Positions 9,416-18,396 of a stretch of 64,000 nucleotides of DNA are shown one piece after another (within the stretch, counting starts at the first letter, position 1; each line of letters starts with the position of its first letter). The notes under the pieces are model-generated. The model saw only the letters and a program-made list of their open reading frames with translations. It was not told the origin of the DNA and did no database searches. Both the position numbers and the translations under genes were made by a program. The stretch comes from Nitrospirota bacterium (lineage in GTDB: Bacteria > Nitrospirota > Nitrospiria > Nitrospirales > NS-4): contig CAWBGA010000001.1 in NCBI GenBank assembly GCA_963788195.1, positions 1 through 64,000 on the forward strand, in the 5' to 3' direction.

Positions 9416-10915
9416 TTAGCGGGTCAACGAGTCCTCGATGTCAGGTGGTGTCGTCTGGATACGGCCCCCGAGAGTGGGAAAGCGGGCCTGCAATGCCTGT
9501 TGAATAAGCCAGGCAATTCTGCGGTACGAGAAATGACCTTTGACTCCTGACCGGACTCGGGCGATGTATTCCGCTTCCGCGTAGTCCATCTTGAACAGAC
9601 AACGGGTCCGAAATCCGAAAGGCGTCAAGTAGGCGGCGGCCTCCGCGTGCGACAGCGCAAAGCTTTCCAACTGCTCGCCAATGACGCTCATAGTCTCACG
9701 ATATGGCGACTCCATGCCGGCCGCAGCGAGAATGTGTGGGGTCTCATAGCCATGGATCGTGGTGAACTCCTGGCGAATCTGCTGGCAACGCCGGTGCCGG
9801 TGCAGGTCCCTCCAACCGCCGAGGTCCATCAAAATGTCAAAAATGAAGCCGTACCCGCAATGGAACTCCTTTAGCAGCTCGTCATGAGCACTACGGCGAT
9901 GCAACGCTATGTCGATCAGTTCCAGCTTGTCTTTTTCTGCCCAGTCCTGGACCGCGGCAAGAATCTGTCGGTACGGATAGGCGGTGACCTTGTACAGCAG
10001 GGTCGAGGCCAGCTCGTCCACAGGCTCGTGAGAAGGAAGAAGTTCTACCGGTTCGCTCACCTGAATCGCACCGAGACGTACTCGCTCCAGCGCGAATGCC
10101 TTGAGCTCCTGATATGTCTTCAGGAGGTAATCATTCGGTCTGGCATACCGCGCGAGTGTCGGGGCCAGTGGCTCAGTGAGGGCAGTCGCTTGTCCGGTCA
10201 GCTCGCTCCAGACGTTCAGCGGGGGAGCGGCGCAGGCGGTTTTGAGGTCCTCACCGATTCCACGCAACTCCGCGACTGGGAGAGACAGCAGGCGGCTGAT
10301 CTGCTTTTCCAAGGTCCGAATGCTGACCACCTGGCCCACATTGGTCCGCGACGCGAGGGTCAAAAGGTATCTGGTCACGTCGAACGTTCGGGCTGACATC
10401 GTCCGGTCGTACGCCGCCGTCTTCATTTCTGAGGGCTGCGGGGTTGTGCGGCAGAGGTAGTCCTTCATCGGCTGGTAAAGAGATTCGTACGTCTGATGCA
10501 GGCGCGCAGCAATCCCCCGGTAGGTGGCTTCGACCGGTGTGCCCACAATCTCCTCCGGTACAAAGACGCCCCCTGGTCCAAAGTCTTGATAGCGCGAAGA
10601 CTTTGCCTGCCCATCCCACAGGGCTTCATCTTCGATGTGGATGGCGGCCAGCTCCGAGATGCCTTCAAAGCAAACAATGACGTGCCCCAAATCGGCGATT
10701 GAGGCGTGGCCATAGTCGAAATAGAATTGTTCCCAGAATTTTTCCGATGAGTGGCTATGGACCCACCGCAGGCTGTCCTCGATGGAATCGGCAGAGCGGC
10801 TGTAGCGCGCCAAGGCGTACGCCGATTTTTCCGGTGGCATAGGAGCGAGCGCAAGCACCCGCCGAGTGGGCGCGGACATGCTGGGCATGATAGGGGCCTC
10901 TGCCAGACCCGTCAA
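9416..10915 (-). CDS. thyX: FAD-dependent thymidylate synthase, tandem-domain ThyX type
   Basis: ALARYSRS, YGHASIADLG, KSSRYQDF, WRDLHRHR; true start probably ~10879-10888. Confidence 0.85.
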   Translation of the reverse strand: MTGLAEAPIMPSMSAPTRRVLALAPMPPEKSAYALARYSRSADSIEDSLRWVHSHSSEKFWEQFYFDYGHASIADLGHVIVCFEGISELAAIHIEDEALWDGQAKSSRYQDFGPGGVFVPEEIVGTPVEATYRGIAARLHQTYESLYQPMKDYLCRTTPQPSEMKTAAYDRTMSARTFDVTRYLLTLASRTNVGQVVSIRTLEKQISRLLSLPVAELRGIGEDLKTACAAPPLNVWSELTGQATALTEPLAPTLARYARPNDYLLKTYQELKAFALERVRLGAIQVSEPVELLPSHEPVDELASTLLYKVTAYPYRQILAAVQDWAEKDKLELIDIALHRRSAHDELLKEFHCGYGFIFDILMDLGGWRDLHRHRRCQQIRQEFTTIHGYETPHILAAAGMESPYRETMSVIGEQLESFALSHAEAAAYLTPFGFRTRCLFKMDYAEAEYIARVRSGVKGHFSYRRIAWLIQQALQARFPTLGGRIQTTPPDIEDSLTR

Positions 10916-11010
10916 GGGTCAGGATCTAGGAATTGAATCCCTATGGATTGAGTGCTAGGGTCCTGGAACGCGGCCACCTTTACTGGAACAGCGTGGAAAG
11001 GAAGCGGAAC

Positions 11011-11631
11011 GTGGTGGATCCGATTGTCTTCACACGTGAAGAGTTGAGCCTGATCACCGACGATAAGTTTTTCCGCGCCAAGGCTCGGATTATGAGCAAG
11101 GTGCGCGGCATGCTGGACACCTTGTATGCCGGGTTGAGGGAAGAGCTGCGCGGTGTGGATCTCATCACGCCTCAGGGATTCAATTCCCTGGCCCACCAGT
11201 TTGTAAAGGGCGAACATCTGGAGGATTTTCCGTATCAGTACCTCGACTATTTTAAACACTTCGATGACGACAATAAGTTTACGTTCCGCTCGCTGTTCTG
11301 GTGGGGACACTACTATGTGTTCGCCTTGATCCTGGAAGGGGAAGGGTTGAGTCAGTACAAGAAGAATCTCATAAATCGCTACGAGATACTTGCCGACAGG
11401 AACCTTTCGCTGTGCCTGGGAGGAAGCCCGTGGGAGTGGAAGCGCGGCGAAGGCTACACGATGGAGCTTACCTGGGAGCGCAAAGTGGATCTTGTGGCAT
11501 TGCTGTCGAACCGGTCTTTTCTAAAAGTCGCGCGGTTTGTGCCCTACGATGACCCTGCCGTGGCATCAGGCCGTCTGGACGAGATTGGGCGCTCGACGCT
11601 GCGCGAGCTGCTACCTATTATCACGCCATAG
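11011..11631 (+). CDS. Hypothetical protein
   Basis: Long clean ORF; KGEHLEDFPYQYLDY...FRSLFWWGH. Confidence 0.75.
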   Translation: MVDPIVFTREELSLITDDKFFRAKARIMSKVRGMLDTLYAGLREELRGVDLITPQGFNSLAHQFVKGEHLEDFPYQYLDYFKHFDDDNKFTFRSLFWWGHYYVFALILEGEGLSQYKKNLINRYEILADRNLSLCLGGSPWEWKRGEGYTMELTWERKVDLVALLSNRSFLKVARFVPYDDPAVASGRLDEIGRSTLRELLPIITP

Positions 11632-11724
11632 AAACAGCCGCTCGTGACTGCGGCGAATTTTCAGATTCCCTCTCCCCTGGAAGGTGAGGGCTTGTTTGCT
11701 CTGGGCCTTGATGGATGAAGGCAG

Positions 11725-11751
11725 AGATTCTTCGCTGCGCTCAGAATGACA
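11725..11751 (+). repeat. REP-like hairpin element
   Basis: agattcttcgctgcgctcagaatgaca; related copy at 13403-13429. Confidence 0.6.
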
Positions 11752-11759
11752 ACGGGCGG

Positions 11760-12923
11760 TTAGCGCCCGTAAGTCTTGAGGATCTCGCGCACGCGACTGA
11801 GGTTGATCGCCTCGGCCTTATGATCGTCGCGTCCGACCACGGTTGTCGCCATGGTCAGGGCATTGAGAATCGCTTCATTCGTAGACTCGACGGTGGCCGT
11901 GAATAGGGAATTCATATGGGTATCAGCGAACGCCGTGATGGGATAGGTAGGTTGTTTAGGATAATGAGGAATGATGGTCGCGGTCGAGAATGCCAATATA
12001 AAGTCGCCGCTGCCGTGTCTTGCTGTCGAACCGGTGCGGGCCAAGCCTAGCACGGCGCGTTTGGCTAACCGCTTCAGCTGGCGCGCATCCAACGGCGCGT
12101 CGGTCGCGATGACGATGATGACGGAGCCTTCGGCGCCCTTGCTGTCTGGCGGGCCATAGAGTCTCCCGATCGGGACACCGGCCATCACGAGCTCGCTTCT
12201 TCGGCCGTGGTTGGCGTTCACGAGGACGCCGACCGTGAAATTCCCTTCAGTTGAAATGATGCGAGACGATGTACCGATTCCGCCTTTAAAGCCATACGCG
12301 ACTAAACCGGTTCCCGCCCCGACGCTGCCCTCTGATACGGGACCACCGGATGCGCCATCTAGGGCGCGGATAACATCGGTTTCCGAGACGTGACGACCCT
12401 GAATATCGTTGAGCCGGCTATCGTCACATTCCGCAACCACGGGTGTGAGGGTGTCATCGGTCACTCCAATGCCGGGGTAACGGCCGATCATCCAACTCAT
12501 CACACCGTTCGCGACTCGTGGAAGATTTAACGTGTTGGTCAGCGCGATCGGATATTCCAGGAAGCCTGCTTCCTCAACCCACGCCAGGCCAGTCATCTCT
12601 CCTGTACCATTCAGCACAAATGCGCCGGCGGGAACTTTTTTGTGCCATACGTCGTCTCGAGGAATGATCACTGTGACTCCGGTGCGTACGGGCCCTTGGC
12701 CGGGAATAAGCCTCCCGCTGCCCTGGATCAATGTCGCATGACCAACCCGTACGCCGGGGACATCGGTGATAGAGTTTAGCGGTCCGGGAGAGAGGTCGCC
12801 GAGGTACAGTCCGAGTGTTCGGGCCCGCACCCGGGATTCTTCGGGGGAGGAAGCAGGCAGACCTTGGGCTTCGGCGTTGGCGGAGACCCAAATGAAGAAC
12901 AGGAGAAATAGCGGCAGAATCAA
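11760..12923 (-). CDS. P1/DmpA family (S58) aminopeptidase
   Basis: NSITDVPGVRVGH, RTGVT, EGSVGAGTG, KGGIGTSSR, GSVIIVIATDAPL, GSGDF. Confidence 0.95.
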   Translation of the reverse strand: MILPLFLLFFIWVSANAEAQGLPASSPEESRVRARTLGLYLGDLSPGPLNSITDVPGVRVGHATLIQGSGRLIPGQGPVRTGVTVIIPRDDVWHKKVPAGAFVLNGTGEMTGLAWVEEAGFLEYPIALTNTLNLPRVANGVMSWMIGRYPGIGVTDDTLTPVVAECDDSRLNDIQGRHVSETDVIRALDGASGGPVSEGSVGAGTGLVAYGFKGGIGTSSRIISTEGNFTVGVLVNANHGRRSELVMAGVPIGRLYGPPDSKGAEGSVIIVIATDAPLDARQLKRLAKRAVLGLARTGSTARHGSGDFILAFSTATIIPHYPKQPTYPITAFADTHMNSLFTATVESTNEAILNALTMATTVVGRDDHKAEAINLSRVREILKTYGR

Positions 12924-13342
12924 CGCCGGCCGCCGGCAACCGGATAGCCGGCTTGCAGCCAGGCGTTCATACTCCCGCGAATGTTATAGACATTCTTATA
13001 GCCGAGGTCACTCAGAGTGTCTGCAGCAACATTGCTGCGCTTGCCGGATTGACAATAGACCACGATATGGTCATCGAGACCCACCCCGAGCTCACTATGG
13101 CGCCGGGCGATTTCCCGGTAATCAATGTTGAGATCAGTTCCCGGGATCGCTCCGCGGTCATGCTCTTCGACTGTACGAACGTCCACCAACACGAAGCCTT
13201 TATCACGAGCGCTCGGGGCCTTGTCCAGAACGGCTTTGACTTCCTGGACAGTCAGCTGTCGCACGCCCGAGGCTGATCCTGTCGGAACGAAAGCGAGAAG
13301 AACGACTAAAAGACTGAGGGATGAGGCCCATCGAAGCTTCAT
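12920..13342 (-). CDS. Rhodanese-like protein with signal peptide
   Basis: LVDVRTVEEHDRGAIPG, VYCQSGKRS, GSMNAW. Confidence 0.93.
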   Translation of the reverse strand: MKLRWASSLSLLVVLLAFVPTGSASGVRQLTVQEVKAVLDKAPSARDKGFVLVDVRTVEEHDRGAIPGTDLNIDYREIARRHSELGVGLDDHIVVYCQSGKRSNVAADTLSDLGYKNVYNIRGSMNAWLQAGYPVAGGRR

Positions 13343-13380
13343 GGTTTGCCTCCTTTTTAAGAACGGCGTCTGGTCATTCT

Positions 13381-13450
13381 GTTTACCCTGAGCGGGGCAG
13401 CTAGATGCTTCGTTTCACTCAGCATGACACGCCGAAGTGTTCAGGGTGAC
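13381..13450 (+). repeat. REP-like element within an outer inverted repeat
   Basis: accctga...agatgcttcgtttcactcagcatgaca...tcagggt. Confidence 0.55.
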
Positions 13451-13480
13451 AAGATATGCTACGGCGGCGATTTCCGCCGG

Positions 13481-14674
13481 TCAAGTGGGAGGAGAGGGAT
13501 CAGCAGGCACAAATAGTGCGATGCTGGCGGTGTAGCTGTGCAGAAAGTTATTTCCGCCGACTGGGCCAATCTCCCCCATCGCAAAAAACCCGGCCACGGG
13601 CAAGGCACCCATTTCATCCCGGATCGCGCCGGCGTCATGGTGGGGAGCCTGAAAAAACCGCTCTCCGCGCCCGTTGCAACTGAAGACAAGTGCGCCCGCA
13701 GGAGGCATTTCCCCCTGAGCGTCCCGCTCTCCGGTCAGCAAAGCGTGCAGGTCCTCACTGGCAGCTGCGGCGTCTCGAAGTTGAAACTGGACCGTCTGGC
13801 CCTCCTTGACGATGTCGCCGACTGCAAAACTGCCGCTTTGCTGATCGGCGCCGATAAGGTTGCGGATGAGAAAATCGCCGCGTTCAAAATGGTCTTTGTG
13901 TTCGTCAATGACGATGCCTAAATGAAGGGCGCGCTCGGCTTGCTGTTGATCGGCCGGCGGAAGGAGACTGAAGACTTCGCGCAAGCGTTCGAGGGCGGGC
14001 TTTCCGCTCAATTCGTGCACAATGTTCTGTTCGGCCTGTGTGATCATGAACCGCTCGCCGACAGGGCGGCACCCTTGAGAGACGACCGTGCGAAGCCGGA
14101 CAGCGCCAGTAAGGACCACGCCGACCGCGCCTTCTTCAACCGCCTGGCCGTTGAAGATCAGGCGGTTACCGCCCGGTTGATGGGCGCCGCTTGCCATGCC
14201 GCCGATGGCCGGTGCCTTCGGATAACGTCCGCGGAGCTCTCCCAAAAGGGCTTCAACAGGAGTCGTAAACGGCTCGCCGACAACGAGGACGGAAGGTTTG
14301 CTCTCAGCATCGGGCATATCCGTAGGCCATCCTGTCGTCGTAAAACCTCCTTCACCCTGTTCGAAGCGGAGGTGAAATGGCACTAGGTCGGCACCGGGAA
14401 GATGGGCGGCCCACAAGCATAGCGCGGGTAGCCCTTCAACCTCCTGCTTTCCCTCGATAATGCTTTCCGCGGAACAGCCCAGAACGACTTTAGGATGCAA
14501 ACGATCCGCAATGATCGAAGCGAGAAAATCGGCAGAGGCACTGTGATGCGGGGAAAAAAAGACAAAGGCGAGATCTGCCGGATCCCCCCCTAGTGCTGCC
14601 TCAACCTCACGGCAGACGCCGTCGATGGCATCTGCCGTGATCGTCGCGCGCGAAAGACTGGTACAAATTTTCAT
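13481..14674 (-). CDS. FIST N/C domain signal transduction protein
   Basis: GGMASG, VSQGCRPVG, FSCNGRG, GFFAMGEIGP..NFLHSYT. Confidence 0.95.
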   Translation of the reverse strand: MKICTSLSRATITADAIDGVCREVEAALGGDPADLAFVFFSPHHSASADFLASIIADRLHPKVVLGCSAESIIEGKQEVEGLPALCLWAAHLPGADLVPFHLRFEQGEGGFTTTGWPTDMPDAESKPSVLVVGEPFTTPVEALLGELRGRYPKAPAIGGMASGAHQPGGNRLIFNGQAVEEGAVGVVLTGAVRLRTVVSQGCRPVGERFMITQAEQNIVHELSGKPALERLREVFSLLPPADQQQAERALHLGIVIDEHKDHFERGDFLIRNLIGADQQSGSFAVGDIVKEGQTVQFQLRDAAAASEDLHALLTGERDAQGEMPPAGALVFSCNGRGERFFQAPHHDAGAIRDEMGALPVAGFFAMGEIGPVGGNNFLHSYTASIALFVPADPSPPT

Positions 14675-14677
14675 GAA

Positions 14678-15058
14678 TTACCGGTACCGGAGCCGGTCAA
14701 ACGTGACATTTTCCATATAAATGATTTCGTTGCCGTTGATGCCGTCGGATTCCATATCCCGCCAGAGCGCGCGATCGTACCAATAGAAAACTGGAAAACG
14801 CTCCATATCGTAGACGCCGTGCCCATAGTCATTGACTTTCCAGGTGATGACCTTGCGTCCCGTGACATAGTCTACGACCCCGTCCCTGTTCAGCGAATAG
14901 GTAAAGATTACGAGCCCTGCCTCATTGTCATAAAGCTCCTCGATGACTTGCTCCTGTGGGGGTTCGGGGGGAGGGGGCATGTGGCTTCCGGCCTGAACGA
15001 TAGACGATAAGGCAAGACCAGCCATTACACCCAAGCCGTGCGCAAGCACTCGCATCAT
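14678..15058 (-). CDS. Secreted hypothetical protein
   Basis: GGAGG RBS, signal peptide, YSLNRDGVVDY...DGINGNE. Confidence 0.7.
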   Translation of the reverse strand: MMRVLAHGLGVMAGLALSSIVQAGSHMPPPPEPPQEQVIEELYDNEAGLVIFTYSLNRDGVVDYVTGRKVITWKVNDYGHGVYDMERFPVFYWYDRALWRDMESDGINGNEIIYMENVTFDRLRYR

Positions 15059-15239
15059 ATGTCCTCCAGATGAGGGGATCACGGCAGGTCGCCGTAGTGT
15101 CGGACACAGCACTTGTTTGTAACATACTTCGATGAGACCTGTAAATTGTTCGGCCTTCTTTCGTGGGGAGCACTCCCTTCTAGAAGATCGTCGAAAGAGT
15201 TAGGGAACGACGTCGGTGTTATGCCATACTCCGCCGGCC

Positions 15240-16082
15240 ATGACGCCCGATCTCGTCCTGTATCATGCCAACTGTATCGATGGATTCGCAGCCGCCTGGG
15301 CGGTCTGGAAGAAGTATCCGGCGGCCGCCTTCGTTCCCGTAGATCATGGTCAACCGCTCCCCGTTGATCCATCCGGCCGCCACGTGCTCATCGTCGACTT
15401 CAGCTATCCCAGACCGATGTTGGAGGGCATTGCAAAGTCCGCCGCCTCCATCCAGGTGCTCGACCATCATATTACCGCGAAGGAAGCGCTGGATGGTCTG
15501 CCGTACGTCACATTCGATTTAAATAAGAGCGGAGCCGTGCTCGCATGGGAATGGACGCATGGCACGAAAGCGCCGTGGTTACTGGAGTATGTGCAGGACA
15601 AGGATCTGTTTACCTGGAAGTTGCCGGGCAGCCGTGAAATCACCGCGGCCCTGAGTGCGTACCCGCATGATTTCAGCATCTGGGATTGTATGCAGCGGGA
15701 TGTTCTGGAGCAGGAGGGGCGGGCGATTCTTCGGTACGAGAACAAGCTGATCGAGCAAATTCTTCAAGAGATGGTCCTGGTCGAATTCGAAGGCGAGACC
15801 GTGCCGTGTGTGCAGAGCGCTGTGCTCACCAGTCAGATCGGAGAGCGTCTGACGGCCACAGGTGCCTTCTGCTTGATCTGGCATGACCGCCATGGTCGAC
15901 GATACTTCAGCATGCGTTCGCGCGAAGGCGGTGTTGATGTCTCACGGATCGCGGTGAAGTATGGCGGCGGAGGGCACCCGCACGCCGCTGGCTTTTCTGT
16001 GCCGTTGGACACTCCCTGCGCCCCTCCGGCGAACCAGTCAACTCCCAGCGTCCCGATATTTCCGGCCCGGCCGAGGAACTAG
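15240..16082 (+). CDS. DHH/DHHA1 phosphoesterase
   Basis: YHANCIDG, VDFS, LDHH, SMRS, GGGGHPHAAGF. Confidence 0.93.
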   Translation: MTPDLVLYHANCIDGFAAAWAVWKKYPAAAFVPVDHGQPLPVDPSGRHVLIVDFSYPRPMLEGIAKSAASIQVLDHHITAKEALDGLPYVTFDLNKSGAVLAWEWTHGTKAPWLLEYVQDKDLFTWKLPGSREITAALSAYPHDFSIWDCMQRDVLEQEGRAILRYENKLIEQILQEMVLVEFEGETVPCVQSAVLTSQIGERLTATGAFCLIWHDRHGRRYFSMRSREGGVDVSRIAVKYGGGGHPHAAGFSVPLDTPCAPPANQSTPSVPIFPARPRN

Positions 16083-16244
16083 GTAGAGTTTAAGCGCTAT
16101 ACCGCGCGTCAAAGACAGTGGCGCCTTGAGTAACCGCTATTGCGTGGTCGGGATTCGCGGCTAGGTGCTGCAGGATCCTGAAAACCACTTCTCGTTCCCT
16201 GGGCTCGCCGAGCGCCTCAGCGATCTGATCGACGGTGAAATTGG

Positions 16245-17468
16245 CTACCTACTCGGAATCACGCGGTAAATTTCTCCGCTTTGATGCTCGAGGAAATAGA
16301 TCTCTCCCCGTGCATCCTCTCCAAAAGAGCTGATGCTGTGGCTTCCGCCGCTCGACGGGGGTGTCAGCTGCCGGGTGACATCCTGTAGGTTTGTCGCGCG
16401 GCCTTCGACAAGCCTGAAGGTCCGGATAAATCCCTTTATGTAGTCGGCGTAGAAATAGGTGCCGTGCAGGTTCGGCATCCGACAGCCGCGGTACACGAAA
16501 CCCCCGGTAATGGAGGCGTGAGGAGCGGTAGGGTATTCGAGCACAGGTGTCGTCAGTCCATCGGTCGGGCATTTAACTGGAGGATTGAAGCAGTGAAGAC
16601 CTTCCATATATCGCCAGCCATAATTCTCCCCGCCATGGCTCGATGTCGGCTGGACATCCACTTCTTCCCACATGTTCTGTCCGACATCGCCGATATAGAC
16701 GTCTCCGGTGCTGCGATCAAATGAGAATCGCCACGGATTGCGCAGGCCATAGGCCCAAATTTCTGGTGCCGCGCCCTTCCTTTTTATAAAAGGGTTGGAG
16801 GGAGGGATGGCATAGGGCCGCTCACCGACCCGCTTGTCCACATCAATGCGCAGAAGTTTGGCGAGGAGCACACCGAGATCCTGGCCGTGATTATCGGGGT
16901 CTCCTCTGGATCCTCCGTCACCGGTGCCGATGTAAAGAAAACGATCCGGACCAAAGGCTAGTTGGCCGCCGTTGTGGTTCGCATACTTTCGATGCTCGAT
17001 GGCCAAGAGCCGTCGTTCAGTAGAGGGATCCGCATGATCCGGATCATCGCCGCCTGTAAATTCGGAAATAATCAGATCGCCGGTTCGGTCCGTGTAATAC
17101 ACGAAGAAGCGGCGGTTTTCCGCATAGCTCGGATGAAATGCGAGGCTCAACAAACCTCGCTCGCCACCGGAACGAACACGGTCCTGAATATCGAGAAACG
17201 GTCTTGACAGAGTCTTTTCATTCTGAAGAATCCGGATCACCCCGGCCTGCTCCACGACATAGACCCGGTCTAACACGTTGGGCGGTGCCGTCAGATGGAC
17301 CGGCTGCTTAAAGCCCTTGCCCACAAGTTCTGCCTCAAGGCTTGTTCCATCCGCCGTGGGTACACCCACGCACGAAGTTGCGGTTGCAACAGCCCCATTT
17401 GACGGCGTGGATGCGAGAGGTGACAGGAGCATCACGGTAAGAAGGGCTATGAATTTGATATGGGACAT
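16245..17468 (-). CDS. PQQ-dependent glucose/sorbosone dehydrogenase family
   Basis: GERGLLSLAFHP, NHNGGQLAFGPD, GLRNPWRFSFD, GENYGW. Confidence 0.95.
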   Translation of the reverse strand: MSHIKFIALLTVMLLSPLASTPSNGAVATATSCVGVPTADGTSLEAELVGKGFKQPVHLTAPPNVLDRVYVVEQAGVIRILQNEKTLSRPFLDIQDRVRSGGERGLLSLAFHPSYAENRRFFVYYTDRTGDLIISEFTGGDDPDHADPSTERRLLAIEHRKYANHNGGQLAFGPDRFLYIGTGDGGSRGDPDNHGQDLGVLLAKLLRIDVDKRVGERPYAIPPSNPFIKRKGAAPEIWAYGLRNPWRFSFDRSTGDVYIGDVGQNMWEEVDVQPTSSHGGENYGWRYMEGLHCFNPPVKCPTDGLTTPVLEYPTAPHASITGGFVYRGCRMPNLHGTYFYADYIKGFIRTFRLVEGRATNLQDVTRQLTPPSSGGSHSISSFGEDARGEIYFLEHQSGEIYRVIPSR

Positions 17469-17623
17469 ATATGCCCCCTGGACTTCCGATACACCACCGA
17501 CGCGACTGCTTTCCCCTCCGGCGATGGACTCTCATCAACGCTGTTGTCGGGAAACCTTGACAGGGTCGCATACGGCTCATTAATATACAACCGTCCCACG
17601 GCAGATCATTGGCCCAAAGACGG

Positions 17624-17698
17624 GCGGGAATAGCTCAGTGGTAGAGCATCGCCTTGCCAAGGCGAGGGTCGAGGGTTCAAATCCCTTTTCCCGCTCCA
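17624..17698 (+). tRNA. tRNA-Gly(GCC)
   Basis: GCGGGAATAGCTCAGTGGTAGAGCATCGCCTTGCCAAGGCGAGG...GGTTCAAATCCCTTTTCCCGCTCCA. Confidence 0.97.
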
Positions 17699-18195
17699 GT
17701 CTTCTCACACCTCGTCTTCAGCAATACCAGCGCACAGAGCAATATTAGTGTATCAACCTAACTGAATTCCTGAATCTGTAAGGCTAGAGCTTCCGACGTT
17801 TCCACCAAAGCTTTATTCCTTAGTCAAGACACGGTGCAGCCGTAGTAACTGCTTGACTCGTTCGTTTTGCACCGTGCGTTCGTTCCTCTCCTGTTGATCA
17901 CCGAACACCGTGTCGAAATGTTGAGTCGTGTCTACGAAGGTTGTCATGTCCTGCAGATCGTTTTATTCAATCCAACGTCGATGACCCGATCATCCTCGTA
18001 ACGAAATCCATAGCTAGGGGCGCGAAGAATCACCCGATGGACGAATCGCGAGTTTGCAGCTTAACGGTCCATGCAGTGTATGGATGCCTGCAGAACTGGA
18101 GGACGTGGCTGAGGTCTCACCAAATTTTGTTGGCGATTTGCCAGGAATTGGTCCCCTAAAGCGATCTGCTAACTTACACCTACTTAAAATACCTA

Positions 18196-18251
18196 TAACG
18201 TATTGATAGTTAACAACACCGAGTCAGGCTCGACTTGGCGGTGATCTTGCG
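18196..18251 (+). promoter_or_regulatory. Putative sigma54 promoter with upstream IHF site
   Basis: TTGGCGGTGATCTTGCG (GG-N10-GC) at 18235-18251; TATCAATACGTTA (WATCAA-N4-TTR) on the minus strand at 18196-18208. Confidence 0.55.
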
Positions 18252-18396
18252 TACTTGTAATTCCGGCTACTGGTTCGTGCCCCTAGTTAGAGTCCCTCAG
18301 AACTCCAGGGCAAGGAACTCACCTCCGGTTGCCAAGCGTAGCGGTTGTCAATTTTTGGTCCCGAAACGATTGTTTATCAGATGGAGGTACCTTTAG

